Source: an uncultured Thiotrichaceae bacterium
GTDB lineage: Bacteria; Pseudomonadota; Gammaproteobacteria; SZUA-229
NCBI GenBank assembly: GCA_964485705.1
Contig: CAZALW010000004.1
Location: 1-33,812 of the forward strand
Direction: 5' to 3'
Length of the DNA: 33,812 bases
Every line of letters begins with the position of its first letter. The stretch's first letter is position 1. The position numbers and the translations under genes are program-made. The notes below the pieces were generated by a model. It did no database searches, was not told the DNA's origin, and was given only the letters and a program-made list of their open reading frames with translations. Below, piece after piece: positions 20,223 through 28,659 of the stretch.

Positions 20223-21563
20223 CTATTGAGGTGGATTAGGTTGACTAGGTGGCAATTCAACGTCATGTGATTCAACAATCATTTGCGTCAACATGCCGCC
20301 CGGGAAGATATCATCATTGGTTAACTCTTTTTCATTGTGTGAGTGCCACATGAAAAACAGACCACCATTCAGGTTCAAACCACCTTCACCCGGTGGCAAG
20401 TCAGCCAAAGCACCCAGGAACGGGCTACCGCTATAGAAACCACCAAAAGTGAGTTCCTGTGTTTCCGGCAATATCACCGGGATGGGTTTATCATGATCGG
20501 CACAATACTCATGCGTAACATCGTCGTAACCATCTACTGGACTGGTATCAACACAGTCATGTATTTGACCACCCGCATTAGTGCCATAGATATCAAAACC
20601 TAACTTATCACCGGTCCACGTCCAGATTGCATCATAAGTAGCACCAGGCATTACCTGTAAGGTATAGTCTGAAACAGAGAGATCAGCTGTCGCTCCTGTT
20701 GAACTTAACAAACGCCCATCACGTGCCAATAATGTAAAGTTATTACCATGTAAATGGAAAGGATGGGCTTCAAGACCACCACCAATAACTCTGACTAATA
20801 CATTTTCACCGGGGTGCATCTGCGCGATAGAGCCATAAGGCTGGTTTGGTAAAAACGGTGAATGATCAGGGAACAAGGTATCTGGCGCGAGGCGACCGTT
20901 AATAAACCATAACGTGCTGTTTGAAACCGTATTATCAATATCAGGCATTGCACCAAGCTCAATATTCTGATGAATAACCGGATCTATTTCAGATAATATG
21001 TATAGATATTCCCGGTCATACTTTGATGCCGGGTCATTGTATGCCTGAAAATCTGTAGCCGAACGCACAATAAGCGCGCCCATCAGACCCATCTCAATCT
21101 GCAAGCCTGGCTGAGTGCCACTGTAATACGTATAGGTTCCAGGCTTAGATGCAGTAAAGGTATAGGTTACTGTATTATCAGCAGCCCCCATTTCACTTTC
21201 TCTGGTGAACTGTCCTGCGCTGCCTCCCGTTGCCGTTACACTTCCCTGACCAGGAAATAATATGGATACCGGCATAGGAATACCGGTATTTATCAGATTC
21301 ACCGTTACCACATCACCCTGATTAACAATCATCGTCGGGCCTGGATACTGCATGGGAGAACCGGCAACGCCATATCCCCACATACGTACACTATTGCCAT
21401 CGGGTGTAGGGATATTTGAAAATGATGCTATCAAATCAAAAGTGGCTGCAGCTGTTGTTCGTGTGCCGGTGACACCACTAATGGCGGCATTTGCATTTGA
21501 TGCCCAGCCTAGAAACAAAACAATTAAAACAACTCGTTTAAAAAACCCTGATAATGAATACAT
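20223..21563 (-). CDS. Secreted two-domain cupredoxin (MCO-like) protein with T2/T3 His motifs in domain 2 only (subunit B)
   Basis: Domain 1 has SILFPG and YYSG in place of HxH and HCH. Domain 2 has HPFHLHG (20748-20765) and WHSH (20337-20348, no Cys). TAATG overlap with the upstream gene. Confidence 0.88.
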   Translation of the reverse strand: MYSLSGFFKRVVLIVLFLGWASNANAAISGVTGTRTTAAATFDLIASFSNIPTPDGNSVRMWGYGVAGSPMQYPGPTMIVNQGDVVTVNLINTGIPMPVSILFPGQGSVTATGGSAGQFTRESEMGAADNTVTYTFTASKPGTYTYYSGTQPGLQIEMGLMGALIVRSATDFQAYNDPASKYDREYLYILSEIDPVIHQNIELGAMPDIDNTVSNSTLWFINGRLAPDTLFPDHSPFLPNQPYGSIAQMHPGENVLVRVIGGGLEAHPFHLHGNNFTLLARDGRLLSSTGATADLSVSDYTLQVMPGATYDAIWTWTGDKLGFDIYGTNAGGQIHDCVDTSPVDGYDDVTHEYCADHDKPIPVILPETQELTFGGFYSGSPFLGALADLPPGEGGLNLNGGLFFMWHSHNEKELTNDDIFPGGMLTQMIVESHDVELPPSQPNPPQ

Positions 21564-22819
21564 TATGCACCTCCTGCTGCTGCGATTACTATTTCGGTCA
21601 TCAAGCCACCAAAATCTTCCGTATCATTACTCAGATGATTCAGGTTAGATGTATATAGAAAATATTTTCCTGGCGCCACATTTGTGGTATCAATGATGAC
21701 ATCGATAGCTTCACCACCACCCAGTGTTACTGTATTTGTCATATAAAAATGAGGTTCACCTGCAGCGGTACGTAACTGTTTTGCCCCCATACCAATAACC
21801 TGCATATCAAGCCCAAGTGTTTTTATGGAGTAAAAAAGAGTGGTGCTCACATTTGAAATGCGTAGCAGTACTTTTTGCCCCTGCTCGGCTGTGATCAGTG
21901 CGTTTTCCCCCTGCACAACCCGGTCATGCATATTTTGCACAGGCGTTGTTATTGGGCTTGTAGCCACAGTATCAGGATAGCCACGTCCGTTGATTAATGG
22001 ATAGGTATCAAGCATGTGTGCAAATGGCAGTGGTTGCGTATTCTGTGATGCATCATGAAACACCGGATCCATGGAAGTCAATTGAATTGGAAACTCAACA
22101 TCGTAATAGGTCGAACCATCGCCATCGTTATAGGCATACTGATTGCCTGTCTGATGAGTAAATCCATTTAAATCTGTGCCGTCCGGCAACTTATTCTGCG
22201 CAGCCTTAACGTAAAGATTACCCATCATGCCCATTTGCATATGTTCTGCCGCTTCAACATGACAGTGATATAAGAAAGTACCCGGTTCAGCAATATTGTA
22301 GTAATAAGTCAGGGATGAGCCCATATTGACTGAAATACTGTTATCAGGCACGCCATCAAAAATAGCTGAGGCATTGGGAAAACCATGAAAATGTACTGTG
22401 TGAGGGTCAAAAAGATCCGGTCTCATCACCATACCAACATTGGTTAAGGTGAGATAAACTTCCTGACCTTGCTCCAACACAATGGCAGGTGCTGGCAAGT
22501 TAGCATACAAGGTACCATCTGTTATCGCATCAGCCTCATCATAGCCGGTAATATCACCGAAACTAAAAACATACAGTTCTCTGCCATCTGCCATTTTTGC
22601 AAAACCGTCACCTGATGACAGGTGAATGCATTTCACATTCGGGTCATAGTCAGGGTCAGACATTTCTGGTATGCCATTGCTACCCGCAGTAACACCGTCA
22701 GACAATAAGTTATCCCCTGGACATTGAATAAAAGGAACGGCTATGGTACTGGATGAAAACACACCTATCCCTGTTGCTAACAACGCAATATATAGTTTAT
22801 GCAATTTAAAGTTTTTCAT
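21563..22819 (-). CDS. Secreted two-domain cupredoxin (MCO-like) protein with T1 and T2/T3 motifs in domain 1 only (subunit A)
   Basis: Domain 1 has PHTVHFHG (22385-22402) and YHCHVEAAEHMQMGM. Domain 2 reads FYSIKTLG and YFLYTSNLNH at the equivalent positions. Confidence 0.9.
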   Translation of the reverse strand: MKNFKLHKLYIALLATGIGVFSSSTIAVPFIQCPGDNLLSDGVTAGSNGIPEMSDPDYDPNVKCIHLSSGDGFAKMADGRELYVFSFGDITGYDEADAITDGTLYANLPAPAIVLEQGQEVYLTLTNVGMVMRPDLFDPHTVHFHGFPNASAIFDGVPDNSISVNMGSSLTYYYNIAEPGTFLYHCHVEAAEHMQMGMMGNLYVKAAQNKLPDGTDLNGFTHQTGNQYAYNDGDGSTYYDVEFPIQLTSMDPVFHDASQNTQPLPFAHMLDTYPLINGRGYPDTVATSPITTPVQNMHDRVVQGENALITAEQGQKVLLRISNVSTTLFYSIKTLGLDMQVIGMGAKQLRTAAGEPHFYMTNTVTLGGGEAIDVIIDTTNVAPGKYFLYTSNLNHLSNDTEDFGGLMTEIVIAAAGGA

Positions 22820-22835
22820 TTTTCATTTTCCTTTG

Positions 22836-23140
22836 TTAATTTTCAATATCATTTAGTTTGCAATACCAGATGGTCCCGGTGGTTTTCCAAACATCACTCT
22901 GAACAGACTAAAGTCACTAAAGCCAACCTGGCCACTACCATCGAAGTCAGCATCAGCATCATTTGAGCCAAATGAAACTCTAAACAGGCTAAAGTCACTA
23001 AAACCAACCTGGCCATTGTTATCGAGATCTGCATCACAGATATTGCCAAAACCATCTGCATTACTATCACGCTGATCCGGATTGATGATTAATATACAGT
23101 TATCCTGAGTATCAACCACACCATCACCATCTGTATCAGG
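22836..23140 (-). repeat. TSP3 + dockerin-like C-terminal cassette, copy 1 (1.8k-aa protein)
   Basis: Encodes DTDGDGVVDTQDNC...QRDSNADGFGNICDADLDNNGQVGFSDFSLFRVSFG...DADFDGSGQVGFSDFSLFRVMFGKPPGPSGIAN. Confidence 0.9.
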
Positions 23141-26100
23141 TGTGATTGCGACAACCACTTCATCGGCACCAATATCAAAGGGTGTTGTTCTTGCTTCACC
23201 ATCAATATCATCAACCAACTCAGCAATCATGCTGTCAACGCCACCATTAATCGCCGGAGAACTTGTTTTTAGATGATAGTTACCCGATATTGATAATGGA
23301 CCAAAGTGAATATCAACAAAGTTACCACCTTCATCAAGTGCCGCCGCAGAACCAATTTGGGTAACAATAGACTGCTCACCCTGAATGACTGTCTGTGAGC
23401 GGTCACCATTAAAGTAGTCAAGAATAAACTCAGGATTTGATGAACTATTGCTGGTATGCGTTCCTGATGCATCTGTCAGAATGGAGTGCCTTGGATCCAG
23501 GGCACCCGTGGTACCGATTACCGCCAGATCGCTGAACACTGCCACGCCGCCATTAACCACATCTGGCATCAGGCCGTAGGTAGCCGGAATTGTTGTTACA
23601 TCAATTTGCCAGCTAAATGTTCTGTTCTGCCAGATAATATTATTCCGCAGTTTCGGATTAGAAAATGTCTGAGCTGAATTAGCCGCCAGTACACCACTGT
23701 GTGCAAATGACACGATACCTGCCCCAGGCTGTGCAGTAGAGGTATTAGCATCGCTATCAAACACATTACCAACCGTTGCAGTCGCATCATTATGTGCAAT
23801 AGTATTGTTTATAATGCGTACTTTTGCCGCATCCTGCATGGCAATACCAGCACCGGTCCAGCCAGCATGGTTATTAACAATCATGTTGTCAAAAATATCA
23901 ATGCCGAACCACTGTGCTGAATCAGAAGTGTTATTAGCAACATCAACACCGTTGATTTCGGACAGAGTAATACCCGCACCAAAACCTGCTCCTGCAGAGT
24001 TACCCTGAATCAGGTTGGCCTCAACAACAACATCACCTGAACCTTCTGTTTCCTGCAGCGCCAGGCCAGGTTGACCACCGATGAACAAACCGGCACCGTG
24101 TACATTTTTACCCTGGTTAAAGTTCTGGTTAAAGGCAATCGTGTTATTCGAAATCACACCATTATCACTTAAACCCAGATGAGCGATACCGGCACCATTG
24201 TCCTGTGCGAAATTACCACAGATAAAGTTATGATTTATCGTGTAGTCATCACTACCGGTATACAAAGCGATACCACCACCGGAGCCAAATGTGGTTCCGT
24301 TTAACACGATCTCATTGTCATGGATATTAATAAAATCATTGTCAGAGTCGGTAGGCACAGCGCCATTATTCAACACTGTAATCAGCGTAGGGTTACCTAC
24401 ATGAATGCCACCACCATAGATACCTTCATTACCTTTGATTTTATTGTTGGAAATCGTCAGGTAGTCAACATAGGCATTAACAAAAATACCACCACCTGTG
24501 CTGGCACCAGTGATTTCGATACCATCAATACGTGGCTGGTGAGCCTCGATGAAGTTTCCAGTCGATTGACCAAGAACAATAATGCCAGGACCTTCTTCAG
24601 CCAGGAACTGCTTTTCCTGATTAGGCAGGTAGTCGTAAGTAATGCCATCACGGGCAATAATCTGCTGACGCCAGTCTTCAAGCTTTGAAGGTGGCGTTCT
24701 GATTGCTGAAATCCTGGTCACACCGGCACCCCATCCCTGTAACTGAACAGGTTTATCCATAATCACCAGCTCACTGTATGTACCGGGTGAGAGCAAAATC
24801 AGCTCACCGGGATCAGCCGCATCGATTGCATCCTGAATAGGAGTGGCAGGCAATAATGCAGGGGATACTGAATGTATACCTGCAGCAGGTAAATGCGTGG
24901 TCACAGTAACACCACGAGGTGATTTTACGCCTGTGCTGGTGGTTAGCAATAACTGACCGGTAGCCACATTGGCAGGAACCGTTACCTGAACAACTACATC
25001 ACTCCATGAAGTGACCGTTAGTTCATCATTACCGATAAACACTGTACCCTGTGTTGCGCCAAAGCCATAATTACGGGGTATGGTTATCGGTTCGCCCGCC
25101 ATACCAAACAGGTGGTTAGGCACATCAACCATTCCTTCAGAGAAGATTGTTAATTCTCTTGCAGTAGAGTCAGTTGCAATGACAGGGCCAGTTGAACCGC
25201 CAGGACCCGTTACATATTTAATCAGCGGCTTGTTATCAGGTATTGCACAATCTACCGGGGAATTACCGACAGAGGCAAAAGCTGCAACAGGAACGACCGG
25301 TGTATCCAGATAAGTTGTCGACCCCGGCATATACTGGAAGGTATAGCAGAAAGTACTAAACTGTGGATTGTAATTCGGGTCGTTAATAAATGGACTTGAC
25401 GAAGCATCAGTCGGATCATAATTAGGATTAGCAATCGGACTGGGGTCATTCATACAGGCAAACAGCATATTTGGCGCCATACCCGTAGCGCTGGCAATAT
25501 TAACCGTTGCAGTAGATGGCACCAGCGCTTCGAATTTACCAAACTCATCTGCATAGACTTTGATAACCTCCTTACCTGCCCAGTCATAAAATGCCACCGG
25601 CACCCATGATGGTGCAAATTTTTCACCAAAGTTAGGGTTGTTAGGGTCAAATTCATTACCCAGATCGTTAAGGATACCACCGACCAGGTGCGCAGCGATG
25701 GGCGCCTGAGTGAACATAAAGAAGTCTGCAGCAGCATTTTTACCAGCCGTCAGTGCAATATGTTTTCTGTCACAAAGTGGCCTTACCGTTACCGCTGCCG
25801 GATCATAAAAGGGTGAATTAATTAAATCAGCCGCAGCAATTCCAGGCAATGGATCCCCGGTACTACCTGTCTGAAAAGAGACAAATTCAGGAATAAGGTG
25901 ATCATCACCAACACAAACTGGCGGTAATAAGGCGGGGACAAATCCATCACCGAAATCGACATTTTTATCTTCTTCTTTCAGCAGGGTATAACCGACAGGC
26001 ACTGTCGATTCAACAATATAGAAACCTGCAACCAGCCCCGGTATCTCAGCACCGGTAGGCGCACCGTTTTCATCACGTGCTATACGCGAGGTAAAGGCAT

Positions 26101-28252
26101 AACCACCATCATAAACACCTTCACGCAACTGGTTAAAGTTTCTTAAACCGTCAAAACAATCGGTTGTTTTTTCGATAGCTGTACCTGGGTGAGCAACAAA
26201 TGTCTCACCTGCACAACCGGTTGGCAAACTGTCATCCCAGCTGTCGGTATATGTCACCTGAATGGCATCACCATAATCGAAGATGCCGTTACCATTTCTA
26301 TCAACATCTTCTGATCCCGGGAAATTACCCTGTGGTGCATTATCACTATCAGCCAGGGTAATACCCGGCACACCATCAACAAGATCATCAATAGTTTCAT
26401 CATTATCTGTATCACGATAAAGATTCATCTGGATACGAGGAATACCCGGCTCCCATTCTTCAGCACCGGCAAAACGCGGGTCATCTTCAGCACGTGTGAT
26501 AGCGTATATTGCCATGCCGCTAATACCTCCATTGCCGTAATCGAATTGACCGTCACCATCATAGTCAACATCTTCAATACCAGGGAAGTTGCCATAAGGC
26601 GCATCGTCAACATCCTGTGTGCCGTAAGACACTTTACCCCACTCAATGACATTGGTCTGACCAAGGAACATCTGCGTTGCCAGTGAGATTACCGGGCCGG
26701 TAAGTGTGGTTGATAAGTTATTACCCGTGTTTGGATTAACACTGTCCTGTAGCTGCGGGTTTAAAATATCAAAACTTGGCATATCCCATCCATTATCAGG
26801 AAGAATTTCGCCACCACCATCAACCACATAAGTCACACCCGTAGCCTTATAGCGAGCAAAGTCTACTTCAGCAACCAGCCAATGGAAGAACGGGAATATC
26901 TCATCATACGGGGCTTCACCACCCAGGTCTGTGGCGAATGCCTGATAAGGCGTGCCGTTTCTGAAACGCAAACCGGTTCCCTGCTCGGGTATGGCCACCT
27001 CGCCATTATCACGAAAACCATTTTCATTTAGATCTAAAAATACCCGCGCTTCCATTCTGGCAAACCAGCCAAATACCGGCACATCACCCAAAGCCAGTAC
27101 TGTATTAGCTCCTACATCAATCGTGCGTTTTGCAATGACAATATTCAGATTTTCATCCCAGACAACAATTTCATAAGTACCTTCAGGTATACCACTAATA
27201 GCAAAGGTACTGTCTTCATTACAGGGGGCGGCAAATAAAGCCTGGCCGCCTGCAGCAACGGTTTCATTCAGACCAACCCAGCAACCGCCAAATGCATTAC
27301 CGGAGAAAAAACCGACTTCAGGTGGGCGTGCCATGTGGTTATTAGTAATACGACCGGTAACAGAACCGTTACCAGCAGGGATCATATTAAATTGTTTGAC
27401 AAAACCAATGAAAACATGAGGACCCGGGGGACCAAATTCCACAAAGAATTCTGGCTCATTCGCCAGTACCCATGCATCAACTGTTTTACTACCTTCAATA
27501 GTAGATGTTTGAATCCAGCCTTCACCAGCAGGAGGTATCACGGTAATACCGTATTTAGCAGGTGGCATATTTTTGATATACACAAAACCTTCTGCATCAG
27601 GCGTTAAAATACCGTCACCCAACTGGGTCACCACACCTGGATTATTTGGATCATATTCTGTACCCAGCGGATTACCAAAAGCATCCTGAATGATGTCACC
27701 ACCGGTTTGACCATAACGCCCTCCCGCATCAGCTATGTGAACAGTGAATTGGCCAGTAGCAAGTGGCAAGCCCAGCTCTTCTGGATCATCCGGCGCACCA
27801 TTGATGGGGTGATTATCATGAAAAATACGAACCGTGACCTGCGCAGTAGGAATCGAATGTGTATGTACCGCAACGTTGACATCACTATCACTGCCTAAAA
27901 ACGTTTTACCGCCCATAGAATGCTCAACAAATGGCAACACCGTGATAAAATATTTTTTACCCGGATCAGTATCAATAGTACAGGATGATGACCCTGTTCC
28001 CGTACATTCCCCAGTAGCCACCAGCGGTGAATAACTATTATGGAAGGAAAGCGACAATGAGTCCTGCACCGGAACGCCGGGAATCACATCAAACTTCATA
28101 TTTTCTTCAAGTGTCCACTTAAAGCCATTAACGGGAGTATTGTTTTCATTAACCACCGTCAGATTAATTGCCGCATGCACTGCTGATGTAACAGTAATTA
28201 ATAACAACAATGTATAACTAATATATACAGACATTTTTGTGTAATTTTTCAT
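22853..28252 (-). CDS. Very large secreted protein: SdrD-B/prealbumin-like Ig domains, IPT/TIG-like domain, right-handed beta-helix, choice-of-anchor-Q-like tail, TSP3 + dockerin-like module
   Basis: Signal peptide ending VHA. VFLDLNENGFRDNGE (SdrD B-like); FGATQGTVFIG..LTVTSWSD (IPT-like); IQDAIDAADPGELILLSPGTYSE followed by repeated I-x-N-N-x-I-x-x-N / GGGI (beta-helix); YHLKTSSPAINGG...DIDGEAR...DIGADE. Start placed at MKNYTK (28252) after AGGGAAG; the ORF extends to 28276. Confidence 0.85.
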   Translation of the reverse strand: MKNYTKMSVYISYTLLLLITVTSAVHAAINLTVVNENNTPVNGFKWTLEENMKFDVIPGVPVQDSLSLSFHNSYSPLVATGECTGTGSSSCTIDTDPGKKYFITVLPFVEHSMGGKTFLGSDSDVNVAVHTHSIPTAQVTVRIFHDNHPINGAPDDPEELGLPLATGQFTVHIADAGGRYGQTGGDIIQDAFGNPLGTEYDPNNPGVVTQLGDGILTPDAEGFVYIKNMPPAKYGITVIPPAGEGWIQTSTIEGSKTVDAWVLANEPEFFVEFGPPGPHVFIGFVKQFNMIPAGNGSVTGRITNNHMARPPEVGFFSGNAFGGCWVGLNETVAAGGQALFAAPCNEDSTFAISGIPEGTYEIVVWDENLNIVIAKRTIDVGANTVLALGDVPVFGWFARMEARVFLDLNENGFRDNGEVAIPEQGTGLRFRNGTPYQAFATDLGGEAPYDEIFPFFHWLVAEVDFARYKATGVTYVVDGGGEILPDNGWDMPSFDILNPQLQDSVNPNTGNNLSTTLTGPVISLATQMFLGQTNVIEWGKVSYGTQDVDDAPYGNFPGIEDVDYDGDGQFDYGNGGISGMAIYAITRAEDDPRFAGAEEWEPGIPRIQMNLYRDTDNDETIDDLVDGVPGITLADSDNAPQGNFPGSEDVDRNGNGIFDYGDAIQVTYTDSWDDSLPTGCAGETFVAHPGTAIEKTTDCFDGLRNFNQLREGVYDGGYAFTSRIARDENGAPTGAEIPGLVAGFYIVESTVPVGYTLLKEEDKNVDFGDGFVPALLPPVCVGDDHLIPEFVSFQTGSTGDPLPGIAAADLINSPFYDPAAVTVRPLCDRKHIALTAGKNAAADFFMFTQAPIAAHLVGGILNDLGNEFDPNNPNFGEKFAPSWVPVAFYDWAGKEVIKVYADEFGKFEALVPSTATVNIASATGMAPNMLFACMNDPSPIANPNYDPTDASSSPFINDPNYNPQFSTFCYTFQYMPGSTTYLDTPVVPVAAFASVGNSPVDCAIPDNKPLIKYVTGPGGSTGPVIATDSTARELTIFSEGMVDVPNHLFGMAGEPITIPRNYGFGATQGTVFIGNDELTVTSWSDVVVQVTVPANVATGQLLLTTSTGVKSPRGVTVTTHLPAAGIHSVSPALLPATPIQDAIDAADPGELILLSPGTYSELVIMDKPVQLQGWGAGVTRISAIRTPPSKLEDWRQQIIARDGITYDYLPNQEKQFLAEEGPGIIVLGQSTGNFIEAHQPRIDGIEITGASTGGGIFVNAYVDYLTISNNKIKGNEGIYGGGIHVGNPTLITVLNNGAVPTDSDNDFINIHDNEIVLNGTTFGSGGGIALYTGSDDYTINHNFICGNFAQDNGAGIAHLGLSDNGVISNNTIAFNQNFNQGKNVHGAGLFIGGQPGLALQETEGSGDVVVEANLIQGNSAGAGFGAGITLSEINGVDVANNTSDSAQWFGIDIFDNMIVNNHAGWTGAGIAMQDAAKVRIINNTIAHNDATATVGNVFDSDANTSTAQPGAGIVSFAHSGVLAANSAQTFSNPKLRNNIIWQNRTFSWQIDVTTIPATYGLMPDVVNGGVAVFSDLAVIGTTGALDPRHSILTDASGTHTSNSSSNPEFILDYFNGDRSQTVIQGEQSIVTQIGSAAALDEGGNFVDIHFGPLSISGNYHLKTSSPAINGGVDSMIAELVDDIDGEARTTPFDIGADEVVVAITPDTDGDGVVDTQDNCILIINPDQRDSNADGFGNICDADLDNNGQVGFSDFSLFRVSFGSNDADADFDGSGQVGFSDFSLFRVMFGKPPGPSGIAN

Positions 28253-28354
28253 AACTTCTTCCCTTAATCCTGCCATTTAGGTTCATTTTTCAGTAGAGCA
28301 AGACCTCATCGATCTTTTTCCACGCTTAAACATTAACCAAGTGCTGTCAAAAAG

Positions 28355-28399
28355 AAACTAGGCAAAAGACCCTAGATAAGGGGTAGGGTTTACCTGATA
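28355..28399 (-). promoter_or_regulatory. Conserved 45-bp upstream element, copy 2
   Basis: aaactaggcaaaagaccctagataaggggtagggtttacctgata, 41/45 identical to 13196-13240. A -10-like TAATGT on the minus strand at 28330-28335 has the same spacing as in copy 1. Confidence 0.75.
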
Positions 28400-28659
28400 T
28401 GGCAGTTTAATGTGTGAAATAACACAATAAAAAATAGTAATCGCACCTAAGTTTGGCTGCTATTTTTGCTTTTCTGTGAACTAAATCATCCGGGAAAATT
28501 TTGAATGCAAACTATAAAGGGGAAATCACATGGGCGTGGGAAATACTCAGGAGCTTGTCCGTCCTTTGGTTCGTTAAAGGTACACCCATGTAGCATTACT
28601 GCGGGATTTATGTTGCTACGCAGGGAGTTGGCTAACAACAAACAGAATGTGAAGCATAA

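Noticed and set aside
18865-22819. One large multicopper oxidase broken by frameshifts (pseudogene or assembly error)
   Set aside because: Each ORF has its own signal peptide and RBS-like sequence and a full two-domain layout. A and B are coupled by TAATG, and the ligand losses are complementary rather than random.
21563-22819. Copper nitrite reductase (NirK)
   Set aside because: It has HxH and HCH motifs of the trinuclear-cluster type rather than the NirK DxH and HC pattern, and the domain-2 His ligand motif is not evident.
15824-28252. A true cellulosome
   Set aside because: No glycoside hydrolase, CBM or multi-cohesin scaffoldin is recognisable. Only the docking modules are shared.
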